Under the pieces are notes generated by a model that worked only from the letters and a program-made list of their open reading frames with translations, had not been told where the DNA came from and did not search any database. A DNA stretch of 63,882 nucleotides, counting the filler, from Rhabdomonas costata (Eukaryota): assembly GCA_019059605.1 (NCBI GenBank). It is 52 parts of 52 records of this genome, joined end to end, with 100 filler letters (N's around TTAATTAATTAA, not from the genome) between each part and the next. Parts side by side here need not be neighbours in the genome. Positions count along the whole stretch, not along the records: positions 1 to 1,131 come from JAHMHO010027070.1; positions 1,232 to 2,362 come from JAHMHO010027071.1; positions 2,463 to 3,593 come from JAHMHO010027072.1; positions 3,694 to 4,824 come from JAHMHO010027073.1; positions 4,925 to 6,055 come from JAHMHO010027074.1; positions 6,156 to 7,286 come from JAHMHO010027075.1; positions 7,387 to 8,517 come from JAHMHO010027076.1; positions 8,618 to 9,748 come from JAHMHO010027077.1; 44 more parts are not named here. One strand, given 5' to 3'. The translations under genes and the position numbers were made by a program. Every line of letters starts with the position of its first letter. Position 1 is the first letter of the stretch. Below are positions 1 through 12,210 of the stretch, piece after piece.

Positions 1-1131
1 GGTGTGGTGGTCCTGTTGGGCCTTGATTTATTTCGGTTTTTTTCGAACGGCATGCCGACCACGGGCATTTTCCTTGTCGCTTGATATGATTTTCTTACCG
101 GCGCAAGGAAGTGCGCATTGCACCAGCCCAGGAGTCAAATGCGTGCGGTACTGTGCCTCAATGGCATGCTCACGGTCGGCTTAAGACGAAGCAATTGTGT
201 CCGCAGTAGAGGTCGTCAATAGGGGAAAGGAGGTGAAGGAAAGCCGTGCAAGTCATCTCTGGCGTCATCCCCAGTGTACATTATACCCACTCGCATGAGC
301 CACCAACTTTTAGATAGCAACGAAGCAGGCGCATTAGAGCTTCTCCTTCTCTCCCCTTTTCGAAAAGTCTTTCTGGCATTTTCTGCGTGATGCCCGCGCG
401 TCGGGGGCCGACCTGCTTGCTGGTGCTGGGCTTTGCCCTGACCACAATTTGCGATCTGGCGGCCAGTGCGGTGCTGTTTCTATGTGGGAACCACTGGAGC
501 CTGCCTTCGCCCATCCCCTGGGGCCAGCTGTGGGAGTTCCACACCCAGGCCCTGGACTGTGTGGTGCTGGCGGTCTGCCGGGCTTCTCTGTGTGGGCTTC
601 TGGGGATCGCCGCCGTGGCGGTGGGGAGCACTCACAGAGAGGTGGGATCTGAGGCAAGCGGTAGGGTGACAAGCGAGGGCTACCAGCCACTTCGAAGTTC
701 CGGGGAGGTAGAGCTGAGCGAGGAGCTGAAGCGGGACATGGTAGGGACCCATCTGATCCCTCACTCCTCTGTTCCAAAAAAAAAGAGATGTCTTGCTTGT
801 CAACCCACAACAATGAGCGGTCAAGGGTGGACCCTATATATCGCCGATCCCGCCCCGGGGGGGAACTGTAAAACCGGATCTTCAACCGAGGCTTGGTTCA
901 TTCCCTATTTACAGACATATGTGTGTGATGTTGAGTGGTATTATGGAATCATGCTGTTCCTTGGACTTGTTAATTATTACTAAGACGAGCCACAATAATG
1001 TGTGCACAGTGAGACGTTTTTCGGTCAAGCGCTGTGCGCATGGGGAATTTAATGGATCGAGCGGTTCACCCCCTCCCCCTACCCCCTCCTCCAAAACTAC
1101 ACCAATTAAATTCTGTCATAATACAACCACA

Positions 1132-1231
1132 NNNNNNNNNNNNNNNNNNNNNNNNNNNNNNNNNNNNNNNNNNNNTTAATTAATTAANNNNNNNNNNNNN
1201 NNNNNNNNNNNNNNNNNNNNNNNNNNNNNNN
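1132..1231. other. Artificial contig linker (N-run + TTAATTAATTAA + N-run); first of 51 such linkers
   Basis: The same 100-nt spacer recurs every ~1230 nt through the window. TTAATTAATTAA stops all six frames, and the flanking sequences are unrelated. Confidence 0.99.
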
Positions 1232-2975
1232 GTTTTGTTTTCATTGCAATCCCCTCTCCGCAGAAAGTGGGACACACATATATCCGATACTGTATCAGAG
1301 CAAGGACAAGGGTACCGTTCCAATCTAATTGGTTCTCGGTGCCCATTTATTCTCCCATTCCGTTTTCCTCCCCCTCGCCTGTGCGAGGGTGCTCAGGTTG
1401 CAACACCAAACCGAGGCAACCGACCACTTCAGTGCCCGCGGTGTACTGCAGATATGGCAACGGGATGCTGAATTATGGACATTCACAACAGAGCAACCTT
1501 CTGAAATGGTACAAGAAAAGTGGTGCGCAACAGGAACCTGCTCACCTCATGCATGGAAATTCGAAACGATGCAGTGCAAAAACCAAACCTTGGGCATGTC
1601 CTGGTGCAATAAAGACGGGTGCGACACAGCAAAGACACAGCAATGCTCATTGCATCAACTTCTAGACAGATCATCACACGTGATAGAGAGAGAGGTGGAG
1701 ACCCGTAGCGCAGAAACCACCGGCACCGGTCGTTGACCTGCTTGTGGAGGGTATCTAGCTGGCACCCGTAGTATCTCCACTGGGGCGGCGGGACGTAAAT
1801 CTTCATCCAAATCGTTTTCCAGGCCTTTTTGTTCGCGAAAAGAAAATACCATTGCGCATCTGCTAAACGGAAGAAGAAAGAAGAGCTCGCGGGAGATCGA
1901 AGGAGCTGAATGGAATACTTTTGAATCTTTACTGTGTTGTGTGCCCAGACTGCCGTTCCTTGGGGCGCATGTAAAGCGCTCTCTGCATATGTTGGCTTGC
2001 ACAGGTTGCAGAGAGAGAAAAGCGCAATTATCGGTAGCACTCCGGTACGATGTTGGCTTGTACATGAAGCACTGCAAACTTATCCACAGCACCAGTGTGT
2101 CTTAGAAAACCAAAGCACCGCACAAGACCTGCTCCAAGTAGAATCGAGTCAGTCCATGCCATATCTGCACGTGCATCGCGTACATATTGAACGCATCGTT
2201 CTGAAACACGCTCAAGTGGAAGACTTCCAGACACCCGGCCACCAAGTTGGCCACTCGACCCACGCGCAGGTACACCTCAGAGACGTTCAGTAACCCCCGC
2301 GCCGACGCCTCGCAGGCGAACTGCCGGCTCAAAGGGTACAGGCCTGGGAGCCCAACAAAAACNNNNNNNNNNNNNNNNNNNNNNNNNNNNNNNNNNNNNN
2401 NNNNNNTTAATTAATTAANNNNNNNNNNNNNNNNNNNNNNNNNNNNNNNNNNNNNNNNNNNNTTGTTGTTGTTTTTGCATGTCAATGTGAATTCGCCGAA
2501 AGAGCTGCGGCTCCACAGGGAGAAATGTGTTAAACAACTTTTTTTATTGTTGGTTATTTTCATTGATATTTTTCTCTTAATGGGATGAACCATTTTGCTC
2601 CAGATTATTGATGGAATTGTTGGGACTGCTTTGGCTTGGCCTTCTCACTCAGGTGGAATTGTGGAAATATGGAATTGGAATTATTTGTTTGTATTTTGGA
2701 TGCTCGTTTGCCCCTTTAGGAATTTCGGGAGAATCCGAGCAGAAAGTGCGAACCCTGTTCAGCACTGCCATGCTTGCGGTGTGTCCCTTGCCTTCGTCCC
2801 TGCTTTTACGATAGGTCTGTTTTTTTTTCACAAGATCTCATCGTCAAAAGCGCTTGAATGTTCTGCTGCCAGCAGCAGGCAGCAGGGAGAATCATCGGGA
2901 GAATCATTGGATGGAATTGGCTTGTCATCCCCCACCCGCCGAATTATCCGTAGTTTTGGCCAAGTGATTGGATAA

Positions 2976-3554
<579 letters not shown>

Positions 3555-6500
3555 GTGTGAAAATATCCTTGCATCTTTCTTCCCCACCACACCNNNNNNN
3601 NNNNNNNNNNNNNNNNNNNNNNNNNNNNNNNNNNNNNTTAATTAATTAANNNNNNNNNNNNNNNNNNNNNNNNNNNNNNNNNNNNNNNNNNNNGTGGTGT
3701 GGGATTGTGCAGTCCGGGAGTCAGACAGATACTCACCGGACACACGATGAGATACATCATAGAAAGGTGCCGTACGATTCCTGAACACTCGAAAGACGCC
3801 CCCGCGGGGACAACCACAACAACAGCAAGATCCCATCACATAAAAAAAGCAAAAAAAAAAAACTGTAGAAAACGTCCAGCGGTTCCTGTAGCATAAAAAA
3901 ATAAAGACGATAAGATCAGAGGGCTCTCACAAAGCACTTGCGCAATTGAATGAAACAGGCAGTGGAAAAAAAGGCGCTGCTGCACGGATCTTCGCCGACT
4001 TTTGCAGAGGGTATGGGCAAAAGGAATCAAACTCTTAAAAAAAATTTAAGAATTTGGAAGTTCTCGCCCTCTCCTCGCCTATGACATGAAGGAACATAAA
4101 TGACAAACTAGCAGTCCTCTTATGGGGTATGCATTCCTGGTAATTCCACAATTTGTGTGGGATTCTTCCATATTGGAGTGAAAGAGCTTGCCCCGAAAAA
4201 TGAAAGCCAAGATTCTCTCCGCACATCACTAAGGTCGTAGCACAAACCAGACTAAACGCAAAATTGAGTGAAGGTGAACTTATTAAGCAGCGAATACGGA
4301 TAAAAAACCTCGTTCTTTCTTGTCCCCATGGAATCAAGTGTGCGCGCAAGCGTGACATCAAAGGAGACCAAATTGGGGACCAGAAACGGACGTCCACGGG
4401 GTGATGTGCCATGCCACAGGTGACCACAAAATGCATCCCCTCCAGTGAGCCCCCGGCCTTTTCCGGAAAGGTCGGTTCCCAAAGGGACGGAAACACCCAG
4501 CCTTGTCTACCGGCCAGTGCTCTGGCGGGCCTTCTTCGCCCGGGCCTGGCTTTGGAAGAACCGCCCCAGGGATCCCTCTAAAGTACAGGCAAAGAGTAGG
4601 GCGGGGAGGCCTGGAAACAAGTGCACACTACGCGGGAGCGTACAAAGATACCTCCCATGAATGGTGCCAAGGGCAAAACAGGCAGCCCGATCGTTAGAAA
4701 AATCAGACAGAGTGCACACAACTCAAACAAAAAGGCCACAGCAACCACACCTCAGGGAAAATCCCAAAGGGTGAGATTTGAGAATCTGAGAATGTGAGAA
4801 TGTTAATAAAAAGTCCCAAACACCNNNNNNNNNNNNNNNNNNNNNNNNNNNNNNNNNNNNNNNNNNNNTTAATTAATTAANNNNNNNNNNNNNNNNNNNN
4901 NNNNNNNNNNNNNNNNNNNNNNNNTGTGTGTTGGAGAGAACCTCGGCGAACAAATGCGTACAGACGGATGCTTTTGCGATACTTTGCTTGACTGTATGGC
5001 GATATGATGAATGCCGATTCCAAATAAAGTCGTCCGCTTTGATCCCAGTTGTCGCGTGCACATTGAGAAGATCTGCAAAGAACGAGTATGTAACAGAGAA
5101 AATGCCTGCTTTGACGATCTTTTGCTTTCTCAGGGGGTGAGGCGAGAGGCTAACCACCCGAGGTTTCGCCGGGGCAGGCCCATCCGAGGAACTTTGAGCC
5201 GACTGGACTTTATGCCGGGCTGGCTTCACCACGAGCCACGGCAGTACTCCGCGCCGCCTGGGCTGCAGTGGCCCCCGTACTTACATGCGGAGACCGTTCC
5301 CCTCTCCCGGGACCTGCTCCACGCCTTACGGAAGTGTCTGCCCTTTCCCCCTCCCCACTCTCTCCCTTCCAAGTTGACGCGACGCCTGTGAACGTGACGG
5401 CTGGTAGCGACCGCGGCCCAGAAAACTTAGTTGCAATAGGTTCTGTGGGGTGCGATGAAGTGCGATCAGTGGCAGTGGCGGAGCAGGGATTTGGGGCCGA
5501 ACCTAGACTGATCTATAGCGAAGTGCGGGACGTATCCACAGGTCCTGTGCGTTTGTGCCTGTTGTGATTCTGGGGATGTGCGTCTTTTTGTGTATCTTTG
5601 CTGAGGTAGAACTTGATCCATGTTGCGAGGGGAGGGAGGGGAGCATGAAAAAACGGTACCGGTGCACGAGTCGTAGCCATAGGTATGTTTGAGTTGCAAT
5701 GCCGTTGTCCTTGAGCCTGGATAGTTCTTCTTCTCTTCGTGTGACTTGCAGGGCGGACTATGGTGGGCTTCTCGGGCGTGGGCTTCGTGGAGAGGGGCTG
5801 AGGCTGGCCCATGAGCACTTTGTGTGGCAGCCCCGCTCCGGGGTGCTGCAGACTGTCCTGCGCACCGTGGAGTGCCGCCTGCGCCTAGCCTCCGGAGCAA
5901 ACCACACCACCCCCGCTGCCGGCGGCGGCGGCGGAGCTGCCCCTTCCGCTGACCCTTCTTTGCGAAAGGTGTGCACCTCACTTTCTCTGTTGGGCTCAAA
6001 GATTGGCTTTAAAGAAAGTAGGAAAGGAAAAAGCGGTGGATGTCAACCAAAAAAANNNNNNNNNNNNNNNNNNNNNNNNNNNNNNNNNNNNNNNNNNNNT
6101 TAATTAATTAANNNNNNNNNNNNNNNNNNNNNNNNNNNNNNNNNNNNNNNNNNNNCCTCGGTGGCGTTCATGAGCAGCCCGTACCTATACTCCAGCCTGC
6201 AAAGTTTGTGTGCAGCCTGCGTGCGAGGGCGTATGTGTGCCTTTGCCTCCGCACAAACCATGCCCCGAAACAGTTGGCTTTCCAAGAAGGGCCGCGGACG
6301 AGGAGGTGCAAGACGTGCGGGCCAACTGCCTCTGCCCCGCTCGTTGATCCATGCTCACAATTCCACACAGTCTTCCGCTTCCAATGCAAAGGGAACAGTT
6401 TCAGAATTGTGAAAATGGCAGAGGCCCTTCATTCGCTTAACGTCGGCAGTTCTCTAGAGTGTTACTTCCCCACCCCAGTTTTTTCATTTTAAATGAACAT

Positions 6501-8797
6501 TGTTGACTTACCTTCCAACTCGATGATCGGCCATCGTCTTTTGCAAATGTTTTATATGACAGTCTTGGTACGAAAAGTCTTGATTTATACTGAAACATAA
6601 ATTTTGGTGGGTTTAACGCAAAAGTCTTGGTATTTATACGCTTTTATACAAAAGGGCGACAATAAATTCGGGTTTTACTGAACCTGGGAGATGGGGATGT
6701 GCAGTCCCACCCGTCTCACACTCGAAGCCCTGATCTGCACCAAAAAGCCGTTGTGAGATGGCTGAAAGATACGGAGGGGAGGGGGTAAATAATCTTGTGA
6801 TCCTTCCAGGCCTTAAAAAGAACCGCCCCTACCCCTATGTTTGCGTTGCGTTGCAATACGCTTTGGGTTGCGTGTGAAGTTGTGACGAGTGTGCGTTTGC
6901 GGGAAACGCCCCCGTTTCTCCCACTCCCAGGGTTTCGTGGCGTTGTTTCGTGCTTCTCTGTGTCGTGGACCATTGGACGATGGAGGCATAAGTGCATGTA
7001 TGCCCCCCCTCTATCAAGTGCATTTATGGCCCCCTACCTCGCCACATACCCCCCAATCCCGGGAACCGTGCATCGCCACCTACCTCCCTGCAAATCCATA
7101 TATCGCGGTGGACACTTTTATTTAGCTAACTCAAAAAGTAGGATGTGGCCAATCTAGTGCACACCAAATACCAGTTTCTCACCTGGAAAACTCCTGAAAA
7201 CCCAAATCTAGAGGAAAAATGGTAAAACTTGGCTTGAAAAGACTCAAATCAAGATTAGGGCGAAGTTCAGGTGCTTAACAACAAACNNNNNNNNNNNNNN
7301 NNNNNNNNNNNNNNNNNNNNNNNNNNNNNNTTAATTAATTAANNNNNNNNNNNNNNNNNNNNNNNNNNNNNNNNNNNNNNNNNNNNGCACTATGTTGAAG
7401 CCTAGCAACACCCAGAAATAGAGAATTTAGTATGTGACATTTCGAACAGAAGTCTTTGTAGCCTATATGCATTTCGCGGTTCCTTCGCGACTTCGTGTGA
7501 TGCGCTGTCAGTTCTCAACTCTCTGTTCAGTGTAGCCTGACGTAGTTTTTGCTGCGGGTGCATCTTTTCGAGGAATTCGTTTTCCTTTGTGTGTGTGCGT
7601 GTGCAGAAGAAGGAGCTCAAAGACATGGCGCAACGGCTGTCTAACTTCGCAGGTTTACGAATTCTTTCAGATTCGTCCTGTTTCCGATGTGGTTCTGTCA
7701 GTATCGCCCATTGCGCTGCTGCACATTTTTGTGTCAAAGCTCTGTGATAGCGCGAGTGGCACTTGGTTGTGGCAGTGCCCTCCCGAATAGTTGCCCGTCA
7801 TTCTGTGTGATTTCAGATCGGCATATAATGGAGTCCCTTCGCTATGCTGCAGTTTTACTGCGCTTGAAAACGAAATGTGCTTGTCTTGTGCGTTTCGGGG
7901 CACAAATCCTGAACTGGGTTGGCCTCTATCATTCATTTGTTTAAACTGTGATTGCCATTCTGCCATTCACATGTAGGCAATGCTTCGCCAAACTTGCTGC
8001 TCTCCCGCAGGTCAAATCAACTACCGAATGAGTGCTGACACGTACGTTCAGCTCAATAGCGTGTTTCTTGATGTGATGGCCTGACGATCGTGACGATCGT
8101 GACGAGCGCGGGTGCTTGTGGGTGTGGACATCGTGATTTTGACTTGAACACGTGTCTGGAGCACAGTTCCTGGACATTACTTGCTGTTTTTTGTTCGGAT
8201 GAGGCATATTTGAAACTTTATCAGGATGTGTTCCTGTTCGGAAACACAAGCTTGGATGTGACGCTTTCGAACGGCTTCAATGGGTCGCAAATGACTAAAA
8301 GCAAGCAAATGGTGAAGGGAAACAGACACAAGACCAAGGCAACTTGACAGGTTGAAAGGCGACGTGTTGTTTCTTCCTGCACAACTGCCCAGTATTCGTT
8401 CGGTTACCATTACTTAATGTGCAAATGAATTTCGTTGTCGCTCGCGCAAATTACACATTCACTACTCGTGGTTTGCTCCAATTCATTCTCCCGGCTTGGG
8501 CTTGTGCCCCCACCCCCNNNNNNNNNNNNNNNNNNNNNNNNNNNNNNNNNNNNNNNNNNNNTTAATTAATTAANNNNNNNNNNNNNNNNNNNNNNNNNNN
8601 NNNNNNNNNNNNNNNNNTTGTTGTTTGCGGATAAGGTAGTGAGGTGGTTGGGTGCCACAGCCCATTTGAGCTTTCAGAGGTAAGTTTGATAGTCGCGCAC
8701 TCCGTTTGGTAACAATGCGAAGATATTCATCATCAAAATACTGAGTCCCGTTTTTCATGTCTTGTGCAGATGTGCAATATTTGTTGCTTACTTCCAG

Positions 8798-9421
8798 CCT
8801 GGAGGCATGGTCGTGCTCTCCACATTCAACAAAACGGCTCTCTCTTACCTCCTCGGAGTCATCGCGGCGGAGTATATACTGAGAGTGGCTAAGCCGTACG
8901 CAGCTCGCTTTCCCATTTCCTGCACTTTTGCCCCACCATCGCTTGCGAAACCGGGGCAGAATCTCTCAGTGTGGTGCAAAACGTCCCCTAGTATCAACAT
9001 GTCATGACAGTAATGGCACTCTGCGTACTTTTGCCAGACCTGCGCCCCCGGGTTCCAGCGCAGCGTCAGTAATTTTAGGGTAATTTCAGTATCTCACTGC
9101 CCAGAGTAAAGTGGGACACCCTGTAATCCTTGATGCTGCGGAGGATGAAATCTGGTGGAAGTCAAGAAGGGTAAAGGAGTCGAGAAAGTGTAAATGAGCA
9201 TTACCATTCGCAGGTGAACATATGGCTAGGCCTCCGGGCATACATCCCCCAAGCATCTATTGAAGCTGCTAAGCTGCTGGCATAGAGTGGCCCATCAGCA
9301 GCTCGTAGGTTGTCATACTTGAGAATTAATTGCTTCCACGAAATGCTCTTTCTCTGCTTCAGGGGAACGCATGACTGGGGTAAGTTCATCGCCCCAGAGA
9401 CGGTGGAAAACTTCCTGGCCG
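8798..9421 (+). CDS. COQ3: Ubiquinone biosynthesis O-methyltransferase (COQ3/UbiG), two exons (8798-8895 and 9363-9421)
   Basis: Splicing the GT-AG intron 8896-9362 gives PGGMVVLSTFNKTALSYLLGVIAAEYILRVAKP-GTHDWGKFIAPE. This matches the COQ3/UbiG pattern STxNxT..AEY.L..P.GTH.W.KF..P. Confidence 0.9.
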
Positions 9422-9596
9422 GTAAGCTTGTCGTTGCCCTGCTTGTCGTTCGGGAGCAAAGTCCTTTGCGGCACTTTCAGATCACCATCCGATCATTCGA
9501 CTATCAAGCACTCTCGAAATTCCGCTACCCGTCGGCTTTTGGTCAAAAACTTGTTGCGCTGCCATCATGTTATTGACCCGCAAACGACAGATTACC

Positions 9597-9597
<1 letters not shown>

Positions 9598-9628
<31 letters not shown>
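9598..9628 (+). repeat. (GAT)n microsatellite
   Basis: About 10 tandem GAT units, probably intronic. Confidence 0.9.
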
Positions 9629-10481
9629 TTTTACCTGCATGATGATGCTTCTACGTGTGTTTTGCGACCTAACGACTGATGATGGAAATACGCTTTAAGA
9701 AACGCACAAACACGCACGCATTCCTGCGTCCCCCACCCCCAACCAAAANNNNNNNNNNNNNNNNNNNNNNNNNNNNNNNNNNNNNNNNNNNNTTAATTAA
9801 TTAANNNNNNNNNNNNNNNNNNNNNNNNNNNNNNNNNNNNNNNNNNNNGTTTTTTTTGCTGTGGAGTGGTACTGTCGTGGTGAGGCCTCGAGAGAGCGTG
9901 TGTGCGGGGATAGTGCAACCATACAGACACAAAGACGCGCATCACAACACAACTGTCCCGAAGTCAAAGAAGAAAATCCAAAATGGCTGGCTCACTTGGG
10001 TCCCAATATGCCACGGACCGGGTTTGATATCCTCCATTTTGGCAGGTGAATGATCTCTCTGAAAGAAATGAAAGGTTACGGTATTTCGGGAATCAGTGTG
10101 CCAGAATCTACGCAAGTCCCTGGAGTCTTGGTGTGTGGGAGACTTCTTACACAACTCCTTACAAATGGGGCAGGCCAACCCAACGATGCCATGATGAGAT
10201 GGGCAGTGACTGCTTAGTTAGCTATACCGAATGAACCCCCTCCCCCCTCCCCTCTCCTCTTCGTGACTCCTCATCGATCAGCTTGGTCCAGGGTCCATAG
10301 CTTAATCGCTTTTTTGCCAAATCATAATGGCGTACAAAACCTCCGTCCGACTGATCGATATGGTGCGTTTCAAGGGAACGGGGTGTTTCGTAGGGCAAGC
10401 TCCCGTGACTCCACGCATCGAGACAGAACCAAACGGGGGGTACGGAGTGGGGCAGTGGAAAATGGGAGCAGCCCGGCACAC

Positions 10482-10603
10482 CCAGCAGCGCCATTACGGC
10501 GACCCAGGAGATGATCTGCACCGGGTCTCCGACGTGCACAATGTCTCTGAAGTAGTACACCAAGTAGACTTGCCCGGAGAGCCCGGCGTTGAAGAGGCAT
10601 CGG
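10482..10603 (-). CDS. Membrane protein exon, probably an MFS transporter
   Basis: AG/GT-bounded exon reading RCLFNAGLSGQVYLVYYFRDIVHVGDPVQIISWVAVMALLG, which resembles MFS TM7-TM8 (..YY.RD..). Confidence 0.45.
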
Positions 10604-11166
10604 CTAAGGCAGGCCCATGAGAAGTCCCTGAAAGTGTGCAGCGAAGGCTTTGAAAGAAAGGGCTCTCAGGCTTTACATCTAAACCTGAGCCGAGGAAAGA
10701 GATCATAGCCACCAAAGAAATGTCTCAGCTGCCGGTACGCCCGCAACACACATAAGACATAGGGAGAAGCCCATTGCATCCGTCCCATTCCACGACGACA
10801 AATGAAATCATATTCCTCTCGTTTCTCGTTCCGAAGCTCCTGCAGGGAAAGCCGCAGTCTTTCGTTGTGAGTAGGGTTCTTCCGTGGGGACGACTGGCAT
10901 CACGACGGTTCCAGCCAGCGGACAAATGGTCGCTGCAGAGCTTCCGTTTCGGAAAAGGTGATTTCGATCCCCACACAAANNNNNNNNNNNNNNNNNNNNN
11001 NNNNNNNNNNNNNNNNNNNNNNNTTAATTAATTAANNNNNNNNNNNNNNNNNNNNNNNNNNNNNNNNNNNNNNNNNNNNTGTGTTGTTGTATCAGGATAT
11101 AGTCCAAGTTATTGAATCATGACTTATTTATATTAAATAATAAAGTCGTTGTATCCTGATACAACG

Positions 11167-11259
11167 ACTTGGACTATATCCTGATACAACGACTTTATTA
11201 TTTAATATAAATAAGTCATGATTCAATAACTTGGACTATATCCTGATACAACAACTTTA
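11167..11259 (+). repeat. 31-bp direct repeat, two copies (one mismatch) with a 31-bp spacer, plus a partial copy at 11153-11170
   Basis: acttggactatatcctgatacaac(g/a)acttta occurs at 11167-11197 and 11229-11259. Confidence 0.85.
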
Positions 11260-11346
11260 ATATTTTATTTTTCTTTTTTTTTGGTCTTAAATTTTATTTT
11301 TTTAATATATATCATATTTAATCTTGAATCAAATAATTTATTATTT

Positions 11347-11460
11347 TACGATTTAGACCAGTTACACCGTAATCCGAAACTTGATAATTCTTTATAAAAA
11401 GATTTATCAATTGTGACTTTACAGTGGTTTGTTAAGGAGGATTACGACTCCTATTTATTC
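11347..11460 (-). ncRNA. Putative omegaRNA (reRNA): scaffold ~11367-11460 plus guide ~11347-11366
   Basis: Immediately 3' of the Fanzor stop is a hairpin AGGAG-tcgtaatc-CTCCT (11452-11435). Its loop CGTAATC is complementary to GATTACG (11374-11368), forming a pseudoknot. A second hairpin TTGATAA...TTATCAA spans 11410-11381, and the scaffold ends in ...GGATTACGG at 11367. Confidence 0.7.
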
Positions 11461-12210
11461 TTTTTTATTTTTCTATGCTCTTGATGTATATCCCTCTACT
11501 TCCATTCACATCACGATCTATGTGAATTCCACAATTTGTGCAATTATAACTTTTTGATCCACCTAGATCTTCTTTTATTGATCCACACATACTGCACATT
11601 TTACTCGTGTATTTCTCGTCTACACATTTATATTTTACTTCTCGTATTCGACACTTATATTGGAGTCGTTGTCTAAATTCATATAATCTTATTATTTGAG
11701 CCATTTTTTTCGTCCTATCTTGTAAATTATTCACGTTTTTATTACTTATTATACCTTTGGTACTTAAATTCCCAATTAGTATTTTTTCGTAATTTGACGT
11801 TAAATAATTTATTGTTTTCCAATGTATTTCATTCATCAAATTCCTTATTTTTTTATTACATCTTGATTCTATCTTCTTCCTTTTATGATATGGTACTTCT
11901 TTTCTTTTTTTAATTTCTTCACTTTTGTCGATATATTTATTCATTGTTTGCGTTATATTTTTCCCTATTTCAACTACTTTTTTTTCTGTTATTCCTGTTA
12001 ATAATGTTCTTATTCCTGGATCTAAACTTATTACCTTATTTTTTTTCTTTTTCTTTTTCTCTATTTCTACGTTTTCAGACGTATATAAGTAATATTTATT
12101 ATTTTGTAATATTTATTATTTTTATATACTAATCGACTGTCCTTTGTAATAGTCGAAAAATCAAATTTTTGACCATTATAATATCCAGTTACTGTTCCCA
12201 ACCCCAACAC
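11367..12210 (-). mobile_element. Right part of an IS607-like/Fanzor2 transposon, right end inferred at 11367
   Basis: A TnpB/Fanzor ORF followed by a structured 3' region ending in NGG, as expected for an IS607-family end. The contig is far more AT-rich than its neighbours. The left end and any transposase lie outside the contig. Confidence 0.6.
11465..12201 (-). CDS. tnpB: Fanzor2 / IS607-type TnpB RNA-guided endonuclease, 5'-truncated by the contig end, with one frameshift at 12089-12122
   Basis: The frame stays open upstream of the listed ATG (11944) to 12112, adding ...KNKVISLDPGIRTLLTGITEKKVVEIG (RuvC-I D at 12020-12022). It continues through HWKTINYLTSNYEKILIGNLS (G at the canonical RuvC-II E site), VDEKYTSK (shifted E at 11615-11617), a CSMC...CTNC zinc finger and IDRDVNGSRGI (RuvC-III D at 11510-11512). 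Upstream of the duplication another frame reads LGTVTGYYNGQKFDFSTITKDSRLVYKNNKYY. Confidence 0.93.

Noticed and set aside
1176-1187. Regularly spaced TTAATTAATTAA motif as a biological repeat or CRISPR array
   Set aside because: It is always embedded in N-runs and is an artificial six-frame-stop linker.
11083-11254. Long inverted repeat as a terminal structure of the Fanzor element
   Set aside because: One arm abuts the contig end, as in about nine other contigs, so it is most likely an amplification fold-back.
12186-12193. GTAACTGG match between the putative guide and the Fanzor ORF (self-targeting)
   Set aside because: Only 8 nt match, which is compatible with chance.
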